From: a virus
Taxonomy: Duplodnaviria > Caudoviricetes
DNA: 44,364 nt
Strand: one strand, 5' to 3'
Virus record (IMG/VR): IMGVR_UViG_3300042884_000704
Coordinates: 1 to 44,364 of that record
Part shown: piece after piece, positions 9,930 through 18,260 of the stretch
Layout: each line of letters begins with the position of its first letter
Numbering within the stretch: the first letter of the stretch is position 1
Position numbers and translations under genes: made by a program
Notes under the pieces: model-generated
The model's input: only the letters and a program-made list of their open reading frames with translations
Database searches by the model: none
Told to the model about the DNA's origin: nothing

Positions 9930-10910
9930 ATGAAAATCACAATCAACGGCAAGAGTCTTACTGAGTCCGGGATATTAAAAAAAACTTTGCCGTTGTGGTC
10001 CGAGCTTCACTTGCAGGAGCTTTACAAGCCTCAGTGGTTCGCAGCATGGAAGGCTCGCGTTCCGCAGGTCGGCTGCAATTGCCGTGTCTCTTTCGATGAA
10101 ATCTTGGAAACGTTTCCAGAGGTCTACGGGGACGCTGACCGGCAATTCCTTCGAGGGATCGACTGGCACAACGCTGTGAGCCGCAAACCGCAGGTCAATC
10201 ATCCTGAGATTTCCTACGATCAAGCTCGAACGCTGTGGCGTCACCAAAGGCCGGCAACAGGCCGAACGCGCTGCATCGTGACTGTGGCGACCGGGAGCAA
10301 GTTCCGTGAACTGCTTGAAGTGACACGGCCAAGCCTGAAAGCCTATGCAAAAAAATGCGATGCTGATTTTATTGAGCTGACGAATCAAACCGAGCTATGG
10401 TGGGGGCTGGAAAAGTTCCGGGCAAGGCACTTCGTAGAGCAGTACGAGGAAACCGTTTTTATCGATGCGGACTGTGTGATCAACCCGAAGGCCTCTTCAA
10501 TCTTCGATCGGTCGGAATCGCTGGCCTTGCACGATGATTATTCGATGCTGAGTCAAGTCGCATGGATCAACGCTGAACGATCGTCGGTGGAAACATCGCT
10601 GGGGCTCAAATTCGAGCGTCGGGATACTTGTCTGAACTCAGGCGTGGTTTATTCCAGGCGCGATGCTGCTGGCGTCTGGGAGCGTCCTGGGTCCGAGATT
10701 GCAACAAGCCACACTGCCGAGCAGCTATTCGTCGAGCAGTCTGCGTTTCGAATCGGCTATGAAAACCTGGACTCTCGATGGAACTGGCAGTTCTACTTCC
10801 GAGACTTTTGGAAACATGCGGCTGATGCCTGGATCGTTCACTTTGCAACGTCGAATCAGAAGCGAGAGAACGCAACTCGAATGCTCGAGATCTGGGGTGA
10901 GCAAAGCTAG
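9930..10910 (+). CDS. ERV1/ALR-like sulfhydryl oxidase domain fused to GT-A glycosyltransferase
   Basis: N-terminal WSELH...GCNCR..F...WHNAVSRK...ISYDQA; C-terminal IVTVATG, FIDAD (DxD), LNSGV, EQ, RWN, IVHFA motifs of GT8/GT34-like enzymes. Confidence 0.7.
   Translation: MKITINGKSLTESGILKKTLPLWSELHLQELYKPQWFAAWKARVPQVGCNCRVSFDEILETFPEVYGDADRQFLRGIDWHNAVSRKPQVNHPEISYDQARTLWRHQRPATGRTRCIVTVATGSKFRELLEVTRPSLKAYAKKCDADFIELTNQTELWWGLEKFRARHFVEQYEETVFIDADCVINPKASSIFDRSESLALHDDYSMLSQVAWINAERSSVETSLGLKFERRDTCLNSGVVYSRRDAAGVWERPGSEIATSHTAEQLFVEQSAFRIGYENLDSRWNWQFYFRDFWKHAADAWIVHFATSNQKRENATRMLEIWGEQS
10105..10118. repeat. 14-bp palindrome TGKAAACGTTTMCA, copy 1
   Basis: TGGAAACGTTTCCA, intragenic. 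Confidence 0.75.
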
Positions 10911-10941
10911 TGTATCCTCCTGTCGAAAGGAGGCATTAAGA

Positions 10942-11265
10942 ATGGATCTTTTGTTTTTGTCAGCAGAAATCGCTACACGTTTACAAGCTGGAGCCGCCGG
11001 ATCGCTGATCTCGGTTTTGACGTCTGAACGTGAGCCTGGGGTGAGCGTGTCAAAAAAACTGTTCTGCGGCTGGGTCGTTGCGGTTTTTTGTGCGCCTGTT
11101 GCGATTTCGGTTGCCGAAGGATTTTTCCTTTCGGATAAAATCATCGAACGCATCAATCGCGCCGATGCCGAGATGGTATCCGCATTTTTCGTCGGTCTTG
11201 TAGGCTGGCGAGGTATTCAATTCATTCACAAGCGCGCGGCAAAATTTACAAAAGACCATGAATGA
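10942..11265 (+). CDS. putative holin
   Basis: AAGGAGG RBS before ATG 10942; AGAAGSLIS motif, 2-3 hydrophobic segments, basic C-terminus. Confidence 0.6.
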   Translation: MDLLFLSAEIATRLQAGAAGSLISVLTSEREPGVSVSKKLFCGWVVAVFCAPVAISVAEGFFLSDKIIERINRADAEMVSAFFVGLVGWRGIQFIHKRAAKFTKDHE

Positions 11266-11581
11266 GACTTCGCTCGCTGTTCTGCAGATCGTCGGTCGGG
11301 TGGCGGTGGTTGTCCTGTGCTACTACGCAGTGACAAAAGTATGCGGGTGTCGCAGCCATTGTGAACTGTGGCGACACCGGCTGCAAAGTGTGCTAGGATG
11401 GTTGTCGGGGATTGTCGCGTGTGCCGGGTTGTTTTTTCCAATCATCGGCGGCGCGGCTGCTATTGTTTTGGTCGCGGCTATTTGGTTATCGGAGTTGAAC
11501 TATGGTTTTGAGGCGCAGACGATTAGCTTTCCGACGAGCAGATCGACGGCAAGCGATGGTGGAAGTGGCGGCGGTCGCTGA
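11258..11581 (+). CDS. small multi-TM membrane protein (lysis-associated?)
   Basis: Three hydrophobic segments; overlaps the holin stop. Confidence 0.5.
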   Translation: MNETSLAVLQIVGRVAVVVLCYYAVTKVCGCRSHCELWRHRLQSVLGWLSGIVACAGLFFPIIGGAAAIVLVAAIWLSELNYGFEAQTISFPTSRSTASDGGSGGGR

Positions 11582-11756
11582 ACTCGGTCTGACTGAGGAC
11601 GAGGCAAAAGTTGAACTGGAACGCCGATTGGTTTCCAGGTTCGACCCTGCTTCGATTCTGCTGTCGATACTCGTAACCTGGGCCGTCAAGCAACTGATCG
11701 CCTGGATCCACGGCCGGATCAAAGACAAAGAGCTAGGTGACGAAGATGAAGCGTAA
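11556..11756 (+). CDS. small membrane protein
   Basis: MVEVAAVAEL...FDPASILLSILVTWAVKQLIAW, single hydrophobic helix. Confidence 0.45.
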   Translation: MVEVAAVAELGLTEDEAKVELERRLVSRFDPASILLSILVTWAVKQLIAWIHGRIKDKELGDEDEA

Positions 11757-12303
11757 ACCAGCACCGAAGCCTGCACCGAAAGTCGCACTAAAAGCCGAGC
11801 CGAAAGCCGAGCCGAAAGTCGAGCCGGCAAAGCCGAGAAGAAGGCGTCGCAAGCCTTCGGCCCCTGAGCCTGGGATCGATTGGTATGCGATCGGCCTCGG
11901 GGTCTTGGCTCTGATTACTATCGCACCCTATGTGCTGCCGTTGCTGCGAGATTTCCGTCCTGGTCCCTCGGTCGAATTCGTCGAGTCGGCTGGAAACGTT
12001 TCCAAGTGGTTCGAAGACGTAGCCTCGGATGATCCGATGGCCGACCTGCCGAAATACGTTGAATCCCTGAGAGCTACGGCGACTGCTGAAATTCCCGACG
12101 TTGCAAAAATAGACGAGACGCTGCACGCCGAGGTCGAATCTCGGCTCGGTCGGATCGGTTGGCTGAACTGGGGTCTGTTCAACGTCGAGTTGCTGAAAGA
12201 GATCCGAAGGCTGCGGGACGCTGGCAAGATGGACGACTCGGTAAAAGAGCACCAATCGTTTTTGTTGGCTATCGCTGACGCGCTAGAAAAGGTAGGTTCG
12301 TGA
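11746..12303 (+). CDS. membrane-anchored protein
   Basis: Basic Pro-rich N-terminus with KPAP/KAEP repeats, one TM helix (WYAIGLGVLALITIAPYVL), helical C-terminal domain. Confidence 0.6.
   Translation: MKRKPAPKPAPKVALKAEPKAEPKVEPAKPRRRRRKPSAPEPGIDWYAIGLGVLALITIAPYVLPLLRDFRPGPSVEFVESAGNVSKWFEDVASDDPMADLPKYVESLRATATAEIPDVAKIDETLHAEVESRLGRIGWLNWGLFNVELLKEIRRLRDAGKMDDSVKEHQSFLLAIADALEKVGS
11991..12004. repeat. palindrome copy 2
   Basis: TGGAAACGTTTCCA, intragenic. Confidence 0.75.
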
Positions 12304-13292
12304 TGGCAATTTGGGATCGGTATTTCGACGGATCGCTCGAGGCTGCAAAGCCGGATCGGGACCATCAGAAGGCGTTCGCTGCTCAGTCGATCGCTCCGCT
12401 ATACGCTGCGGCCGCACCGCGGGTGATGGACCGTGAACCCTCGAAAGATGTGTTCCTCGGTCGGTACGCGCTGCTCGGGATGCAAAGCCTGTACGGGAGA
12501 AAGTTCCAATGGTTCCCACAATACCAGGAGTACGGGACCTGCGTCGGGCAAAGCCATGCCGGGATCTTTACAATGGTCCTGGGGATCGGATCGCTTTTGA
12601 GTGGTCTGCGGTTTCCAGGTCGCGTCGCGGTCGCTCCGATCTACGGTGGTTCCCGAGTCGAGATCGGCAAAAACCCTGGACGTTGGGAGGGATCGGTTGG
12701 CTCTTGGGCTGCTCAGTGGGCGACCAAGTTCGGATGCGTTACGTTCCTGGAAATGGGACTCAACGATCATCCTGCTGACCGGAAGGAATGGCTGGCAACG
12801 ATGCGAGCCGACGAGACGCTGGCGATGAACTGGGCTGCGTCGAACTCTGGCGTTCCGGCCGAGTACGAAAAGCTGGCCAAGCTCAAGCCGATTACTCATG
12901 CCCCGTTGATCCAGACGGTTGACGAGGTGAAGGCTGCGCTGACGAACCTGACCCCGGTGAACGTATGCTCGAAGTGGCATCCCTCGCAGGACTGCGACGA
13001 CAAGGGGATCTGCAAGGGGTTCTCTCGAAGCGGTAGTCACTCGACGGCAATCATCGGCCAATACTTCGACGGTACCCGGTGGTGGTTCGATTTCCTGAAC
13101 TCATGGTGGTACTACTACAAAGGCGGGTTCTGCCGAACTGGAAACAAGCTCGACGCGCAGTTCAAAGGTTCGGTCTGTCGAATCTCCGAGAAGCAGTTGG
13201 CTGCATTGCTCTCGGATCGCGAGTTTTACGCGATGGTCGGAGTGCAAGGCCTGGAACCCATCGACAAGGAATACTCGCGGCTAATGGCCTAA
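12300..13292 (+). CDS. papain-like (C1 family) cysteine peptidase
   Basis: QEYGTCVG (oxyanion Gln and catalytic Cys), GSHSTAIIG (His), FLNSW (Asn). Confidence 0.8.
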   Translation: MMAIWDRYFDGSLEAAKPDRDHQKAFAAQSIAPLYAAAAPRVMDREPSKDVFLGRYALLGMQSLYGRKFQWFPQYQEYGTCVGQSHAGIFTMVLGIGSLLSGLRFPGRVAVAPIYGGSRVEIGKNPGRWEGSVGSWAAQWATKFGCVTFLEMGLNDHPADRKEWLATMRADETLAMNWAASNSGVPAEYEKLAKLKPITHAPLIQTVDEVKAALTNLTPVNVCSKWHPSQDCDDKGICKGFSRSGSHSTAIIGQYFDGTRWWFDFLNSWWYYYKGGFCRTGNKLDAQFKGSVCRISEKQLAALLSDREFYAMVGVQGLEPIDKEYSRLMA

Positions 13293-13307
13293 TTTGGCCG
13301 TTTAGCG

Positions 13308-13333
13308 GTTCCAAAATCCGAACGGGTGGCGTT
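13308..13333 (+). promoter_or_regulatory. GTT-N15-GTGGCGTT motif, copy 1
   Basis: Intergenic, directly upstream of the structured RNA region. Confidence 0.6.
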
Positions 13334-13342
13334 ATGATGTTT

Positions 13343-13750
13343 GGCGAGGGTTGGAATCCCTCGACGGCGTGGTGCTGGAACGAAAAGAGCCCAGGTTTCC
13401 CTAGGCTCTCTCGTTGGTTTTTGCGGACCTACCAGCACCGAGAATTGTAGCAAAGTGATCTGTCGAAACAAGCGACAAACTAGATCGGGACAAAACTCGG
13501 ATGAAAAATCTCGGAAGTGCTGTCTGCGTGTGTGCGTCGATTGCGAGGGCAGGGAGCTAGCGGCTGCGGTCCATACCGCAGAGGGATAGTCTCGGACGCA
13601 ATCTGAGGCGAGCCGGTTCGACCGGCGACTGGAAGGGGCTCGCACCCCCTGATTGGATTGGCTGCGTGGTAGCTAAATCCGGGCTCCGTCTAAGCTGACG
13701 ACCCGGTCCAGGACACCAAAAGACGCGGTCGGTTCGAGTCCCTGGGGGTC
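13343..13750 (+). ncRNA. candidate structured ncRNA
   Basis: No credible ORF; stems at 13345-13363, 13371-78/13432-39, 13386-91/13404-09, 13564-81, 13589-609, 13612-26, 13644-49/13744-49, 13660-67/13723-30, 13679-83/13702-06; strand inferred from the upstream motif. Confidence 0.5.
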
Positions 13751-13863
13751 AACTTGCCCCTGGCGCTGCTGTGATTCTGCTGGTTTCCCCTGTCCAGGGC
13801 TGGTGTCCTGGCATAAAGCAGCGGCGCGCAAACCGGCAAATTTTGAGAAAAAACGGATTGTTG

Positions 13864-13890
13864 GTTTTTTTCTGCCGGTCCGTGGCGTTG
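13864..13890 (+). promoter_or_regulatory. GTT-N15-GTGGCGTTG motif, copy 2
   Basis: Intergenic. Confidence 0.65.
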
Positions 13891-13972
13891 TCTGTTTGAG
13901 CGAAAAACACTGGGAAAACACTGGGTACAAAGGTTTTTGTCCCAGGCATAAAAGTTTTTGTGAAAAGTTTTC

Positions 13973-14024
13973 CTGGAAGTCGCGCCTGGTTTTGGCCGAA
14001 AGCAAGCCTTGGATACTATGGGGA
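13973..14024 (+). promoter_or_regulatory. putative sigma70-type promoter element (TACTAT -10), homologous to 32580-32634
   Basis: CTGGAA..CGCGCC..GTTTT.GGCC.AA..AGCC....TACTATGGGG is shared with the second copy; upstream of a small-gene cluster. Confidence 0.55.
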
Positions 14025-14068
14025 CGGATGTACCGGACCTTGAAGAACTCTAAGAAGGAGACGAGATT

Positions 14069-14275
14069 ATGTTGGTTTTTTCTGTGAATCCTGTTCAAAA
14101 CCCTGAATACGCTCGAACCGCAGTCATCAAACTGCTCGAGCAAATCCAAGGGCTAGCCGAGTCGGTTCCTGCTGATGTCTCGAAGATGACCAAGCGGGAC
14201 GAAATGATCCTCGCGATGCTGCGAGACGCGACCGAGCAAATCCTGCACGATCACGACCTGATCGACGGCGTGTGA
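14069..14275 (+). CDS. hypothetical protein
   Basis: AAGGAG RBS; 68 aa, helical. Confidence 0.6.
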   Translation: MLVFSVNPVQNPEYARTAVIKLLEQIQGLAESVPADVSKMTKRDEMILAMLRDATEQILHDHDLIDGV

Positions 14276-14360
14276 AAATAAAAACCAAAAGTCGCGCCCA
14301 GTCCCTTCGGGGATTGGGCCAGTGGTGGAAGTGGTGTTTTTTCAAACTATGGAGGTTTCC

Positions 14361-14612
14361 GTGACAAACGTAAGAGTCGACGAAGAAGGTTTCACGTTCT
14401 GCGATCTGATGTTCCCTGGTGGACTCCAGGACGATGTGCTGATTATCGAGGGGATGACCACTTCTCGCGGCGAGCAGTTGTATGGAATCTTTGCCGACGT
14501 CTGGCACGCAAGGCAACCAAACGCTGACGACCGCTGTATCGGAACCGTCGGCGGTGAGTTCCTGACCGAGACTCAACGAGAGTTCGCGGCCAAGAACACG
14601 GACCTGCTGTAA
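14361..14612 (+). CDS. hypothetical protein
   Basis: GGAGG RBS then GTG at 14361; acidic. Confidence 0.6.
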   Translation: MTNVRVDEEGFTFCDLMFPGGLQDDVLIIEGMTTSRGEQLYGIFADVWHARQPNADDRCIGTVGGEFLTETQREFAAKNTDLL

Positions 14613-14809
14613 TGCGAGACGGAATCAAATGCCCTGAGTGCGGGTCGCAAGACCTGCCTGTGTTCTATACGAGAAACAAATTCGGGCGCGTTGTCCGGAT
14701 GCGTGTGTGTGCTGGTTGCGGCAGTCGATTGTTGACGGCCGAACGGATTGTTTCGGTGGTGGATAAAAAGGAGATTCGCTGTGGGACTGATCATAAATCG
14801 GAAGCGTGA
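14612..14809 (+). CDS. zinc-ribbon protein (Ogr/Delta- or NrdR N-terminal-like)
   Basis: CPECGS...RMRVCAGCGSRLLTAE. Confidence 0.65.
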   Translation: MRDGIKCPECGSQDLPVFYTRNKFGRVVRMRVCAGCGSRLLTAERIVSVVDKKEIRCGTDHKSEA

Positions 14810-14975
14810 GGAAAGTTTTTGGGTCGGTAACGCGTTGGTCACGGTCAACCGGATCGGCCACAATCGCGTCGAGCTAGAGATCGAAGCACCGGGCGACGTT
14901 CCGGTTCTGCGTGACGAGCTTACCCGTCGCAAGAAGGCGGCTGACCCGGAAGTTGATCCACGAAATCAGAAATAA
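14781..14975 (+). CDS. csrA: CsrA/RsmA-family RNA-binding regulator
   Basis: AAGGAG RBS, GTG start; LIINRKREESFWVG...VTV...NRVELEIEAPGDVPVLRDEL matches the CsrA pattern. Confidence 0.8.
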   Translation: MGLIINRKREESFWVGNALVTVNRIGHNRVELEIEAPGDVPVLRDELTRRKKAADPEVDPRNQK

Positions 14976-14979
14976 ATCG

Positions 14980-15006
14980 CTTTGGTTTTTTTGGTTGGTG
15001 GCGTTG
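14980..15006 (+). promoter_or_regulatory. CTT-N15-GTGGCGTTG motif, copy 3
   Basis: Upstream of the AAA+ gene. Confidence 0.65.
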
Positions 15007-15012
15007 TTTGTG

Positions 15013-15026
15013 TGTAAACGTTTCCA
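15013..15026. repeat. palindrome copy 3
   Basis: TGTAAACGTTTCCA, 6 nt after GTGGCGTTG. Confidence 0.8.
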
Positions 15027-15054
15027 AGATTCATTCTAGAAAAAAGGTGAGACT

Positions 15055-16518
15055 ATGCAGGTTTCGAAGGCTTTTCGCGCTGGCGTCCCATTGGTTTCGG
15101 TAACGACCGGCGACCCGGCAGCAACGATCCGAGCGATCAAAGAGCAATGCTCGGAGGTTAAGGATCCGGTCGGGGTGATTGTCTGGGACGTTGTCCGGGG
15201 TGCTCGCGCTGACAAGAACGATCAACGAGCAGTCGAGGCTCTGGCAGGTCTGCCTCAGCAAGACTACGCCGGTTCGCTGACCAATTTCCTAGCCGACCTC
15301 GGAGAGCTGGCCAGGAGGCAAGTCGTGGTGATCTGCAACGCTCACCTGTTCCTCGATGACCCTCGGGCTGTGCAAGCCGTCTGGAATCTGCGAGACGAGT
15401 TCAAGGCTGCAAAGAAAACGCTGGTTCTGCTCGGGGTCGCAAAGCTGCCGACGGAATTGATCCACGACGTTGTTCAGTTCGACGATCCGTTGCCCAACCA
15501 AGAGCAACTGCGTGGGATCATTTCCTCGGTCTGCGAGTGGGGCAAGGCGACCGTCGACCAAGAAACCATCGACAGCGGGGCAAACGCTGCAATCGGCGTG
15601 ACTGCGTTCTGTGCCGAGAATCTCGCTTCGCTAGCGATGGACAAGTCCGGTCTGGAAGTGGACCAACTGTGGGAGTCGAAACGAAAGAAGATCGATCAGA
15701 CACCGGGGCTGCGGGTCGTTACTCAGTCGGGGGGGTTCGATCGGATCGGCGGCTGCGATGCGTACAAGACCTTCATGCGTCGGGTGCTGAACGGCAAGAC
15801 CAAGCCAAAGGCGATCGTGTTCGTCGACGAGATCGAAAAGTGCCTCGGGGCATCGGGCTCGGATACCAGCGGGGTATCGCAAGACCAACTCGGCCAACTG
15901 CTGTCCTGGATGCAAGACCGACGGGCGACCGGTACGATTCTGGTGGGTCCTCCGGGGGCTGCAAAGTCGGCCGTAGCGAAGGCTGCGGGGTCCGAGGGTG
16001 GAATCCCAACGATCCAACTCGACCTCGGTGGGACGAAGGGTTCGCTGGTCGGACAGTCGGAAGCACAAATCCGCGAGGCGCTGAAGGTGATCGATGCGAT
16101 CAGCGGCGGGGAGACCCTTTGGATTGCGACCTGCAACTCGCTCACCGAACTACCACCGGAACTCAAGCGACGGTTCAAGCTCGGGACTTGGTTTTTCGAC
16201 CTGCCGGATCGAGCCGAACGTGCAGCGATCTGGTCCCTGTACTCTGCAAAGTACGGTCACACGGACAAGGCCGAGATCGACCGACTGCTCGACTGCGAGT
16301 GGACCGGGGCCGAGATCGAGTCCTGCTGCGAGATTGCTGACTCCCTGGGTATCACGCTCGACCAAGCCTCGGCGTATATCGTGCCAATCGCCAAGCAAGC
16401 TCCCGAAGCGATCGCTAAGCTGCGAGCCGGAGCCGAAGGCCGGTTCCTGTCGGCTGCTGTGCCTGGACCGTACACGAAGCAAAAAGAAACAACCATGCGA
16501 AAACTTGAGCTGGAATAG
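15055..16518 (+). CDS. Ycf46-like AAA+ ATPase with permuted Walker B/Walker A order
   Basis: Ycf46-like N-terminal half; IVFVDEIEK precedes GPPGAAKS; IATCN sensor-1; LPPELKRRF Arg finger; WTGAEIE. Confidence 0.8.
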   Translation: MQVSKAFRAGVPLVSVTTGDPAATIRAIKEQCSEVKDPVGVIVWDVVRGARADKNDQRAVEALAGLPQQDYAGSLTNFLADLGELARRQVVVICNAHLFLDDPRAVQAVWNLRDEFKAAKKTLVLLGVAKLPTELIHDVVQFDDPLPNQEQLRGIISSVCEWGKATVDQETIDSGANAAIGVTAFCAENLASLAMDKSGLEVDQLWESKRKKIDQTPGLRVVTQSGGFDRIGGCDAYKTFMRRVLNGKTKPKAIVFVDEIEKCLGASGSDTSGVSQDQLGQLLSWMQDRRATGTILVGPPGAAKSAVAKAAGSEGGIPTIQLDLGGTKGSLVGQSEAQIREALKVIDAISGGETLWIATCNSLTELPPELKRRFKLGTWFFDLPDRAERAAIWSLYSAKYGHTDKAEIDRLLDCEWTGAEIESCCEIADSLGITLDQASAYIVPIAKQAPEAIAKLRAGAEGRFLSAAVPGPYTKQKETTMRKLELE

Positions 16519-16544
16519 TTTCCTTCGGCTGATCGGTGGCGTTG
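16518..16544 (+). promoter_or_regulatory. GTT-N15-GTGGCGTTG motif, copy 4
   Basis: Intergenic. Confidence 0.65.
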
Positions 16545-16584
16545 TAAGATTGTGAATGTTGTTTTTCTCTATGGAGGTTTGAGC

Positions 16585-17493
16585 ATGTCTGAAATGGGTC
16601 AAAGGCTGGCTAGTGAAATGTCCGGTTGCCGACTGGAAGTAACGAGCTTTTCGAGTCGCAAGAAGTTCACTGATTCGCAGCGAAAGCGAATGGCCGATTT
16701 TTTTGATTCCGATGTGAAGTCGGTGTCTGGTGGCCGGGAAATCCTAAACAAGAAGATACCGCAGGTCAAAGCCGTTTACGCAATCATCCGGTCGGCTCGG
16801 GCAATGTGGCAAGGGTTCACGGTCAAGTACGAGGACGGAACTCGTTTAATCAAGGCCGAGAAGATCGAGTGGATGAACGCTCAGATTGCAGGGTTCCAAG
16901 CGATGCTGCAAACCGCCAAGGACGACCTGTGGGAAGCCTGGGATGCGGTCAAAGAGGACGCTCGGCACCGGTTGGCTGATCTGTACGTCGAGAGCGACTA
17001 CAACTTCGACCCTCGAATGATGATCTGGATCAATATCTCGTACCCGTCGGTCCAGCCTGACGCAAAGCTCGAGAAGCTCGGCAAGGAACTGTGGGACAAG
17101 GAGATGGCCAAGTTCGCTCTGAAATTCGACGAAGCGGCTCGCGCGGCCGAGGCTGCATTGCAGGCCGAGTTCGCTGAGATGATCGCAGGCGTGACGGATC
17201 GGCTCGCTGGCGGTGAGTCCGAGGACGGCAAGAAACGCGTTCTGCAGCAACGGGCGGTCGATAATATCGTCGAGTTCGCGGATCGGTTCCGGTCCCTGTC
17301 GATCGGCAACAATGCTGAGCTTGATGCCCTGGTCGCTCAGGCCGAATCGCTGGCCGTTGGGCTCGACACGAAGGCGATGAAGAAGGACTCAGGCCAACAG
17401 TCTGCGATGCGTGAGGCGTTCGCCAAGCTGCGTACCGAGGTCGAAGCGTGCGTGGTCAAGGCGGCTGAGCGAGAAATCGAATTCGAGGAATAA
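16585..17493 (+). CDS. DUF3150-like helical protein
   Basis: GGAGG RBS; long helical protein typical of AAA-associated mobile modules (RLADLYVESDY, FRSLSIGNNAELDALV). Confidence 0.55.
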   Translation: MSEMGQRLASEMSGCRLEVTSFSSRKKFTDSQRKRMADFFDSDVKSVSGGREILNKKIPQVKAVYAIIRSARAMWQGFTVKYEDGTRLIKAEKIEWMNAQIAGFQAMLQTAKDDLWEAWDAVKEDARHRLADLYVESDYNFDPRMMIWINISYPSVQPDAKLEKLGKELWDKEMAKFALKFDEAARAAEAALQAEFAEMIAGVTDRLAGGESEDGKKRVLQQRAVDNIVEFADRFRSLSIGNNAELDALVAQAESLAVGLDTKAMKKDSGQQSAMREAFAKLRTEVEACVVKAAEREIEFEE

Positions 17494-17498
17494 AACAC

Positions 17499-17525
17499 GT
17501 TGGTTTTTTCCGGTCGGTGGCGTTG
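17499..17525 (+). promoter_or_regulatory. GTT-N15-GTGGCGTTG motif, copy 5
   Basis: Intergenic. Confidence 0.65.
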
Positions 17526-17531
17526 TTCTGT

Positions 17532-17545
17532 TGTAAACGTTTCCA
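17532..17545. repeat. palindrome copy 4
   Basis: TGTAAACGTTTCCA, 6 nt after GTGGCGTTG. Confidence 0.8.
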
Positions 17546-17573
17546 AGCTCTAAGCAGTTCTGAGAGGCAAATC

Positions 17574-17999
17574 GTGAGTCACATAGCTACAGTCGAGGTC
17601 GAGTTTCGGGATATGGACGCGCTGGCGAAAGCCTGTGTGAAGTGCGGGGTCGAGCTTCGGCAAGACCAGAAAACGTTCCGGTGGTACAACGATCAAGTCA
17701 GTTCATGCGACGCTGCAATCGTCCACCCAAGTAAGTTCGCTTTCGAGATCGGGGTCCACAAGACCGAGACAGGATTGCGAATCGAGTTCGATCCTCACAA
17801 TCGAGGAAAGAAATACGGGCCAAACACCGGACCCGGAATGCAAGATGCTGTCGCGTTCGAGGACAATTTTCGGGGGCTCGGCAAGCTCCAACAGGCCTAT
17901 GCGGTCGAGGTTGCACGCAAGCAAGCCAAGCGGCAGGGGTTCTCAGTCCGTGAGCAAGTGCAAGCGGACGGTCGGGTCAAACTTACTCTTTCGAGGTAG
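17574..17999 (+). CDS. DUF1257 (Ycf35-like) protein
   Basis: MSHIATVEVEFRDMDALAKAC...LQQAYAVEVARKQAKRQGFSVREQVQADGRVKLTL. Confidence 0.75.
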   Translation: MSHIATVEVEFRDMDALAKACVKCGVELRQDQKTFRWYNDQVSSCDAAIVHPSKFAFEIGVHKTETGLRIEFDPHNRGKKYGPNTGPGMQDAVAFEDNFRGLGKLQQAYAVEVARKQAKRQGFSVREQVQADGRVKLTLSR

Positions 18000-18003
18000 T
18001 TCG

Positions 18004-18255
18004 ATGGGCGTCGTTTATTACGTTGGGTGTCGCGATTGCAAGGTTCTCCGCGACCTGGATAAACTGCATCCACCGTACCCACGAAGCATCGCTGAGGCGA
18101 AGCAAGCTGCTGAGGACCTGACGCCATACAACACGGCTCTGTTGGTCGGCTTTATGGTTGAGCACCAGGGGCATAACTGCACGATGTTTAACGATCATGC
18201 GGACCAAGACTCGATAGAAAATTTTACATTCGAAACAAGAAACTTTTGGGGCTGA
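18004..18255 (+). CDS. small putative Zn-binding protein
   Basis: GAGG RBS; CRDC...HQGH. Confidence 0.55.
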   Translation: MGVVYYVGCRDCKVLRDLDKLHPPYPRSIAEAKQAAEDLTPYNTALLVGFMVEHQGHNCTMFNDHADQDSIENFTFETRNFWG

Positions 18256-18260
18256 TAATC

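Noticed and set aside
11755-11835. Short tandem repeats encoding KPAP/KAEP
   Set aside because: Ordinary low-complexity protein linker
13700-13751. Canonical tRNA suggested by GGTTCGAGTCCC
   Set aside because: T stem does not pair beyond 2 bp and no cloverleaf forms; kept only as part of the larger structured element
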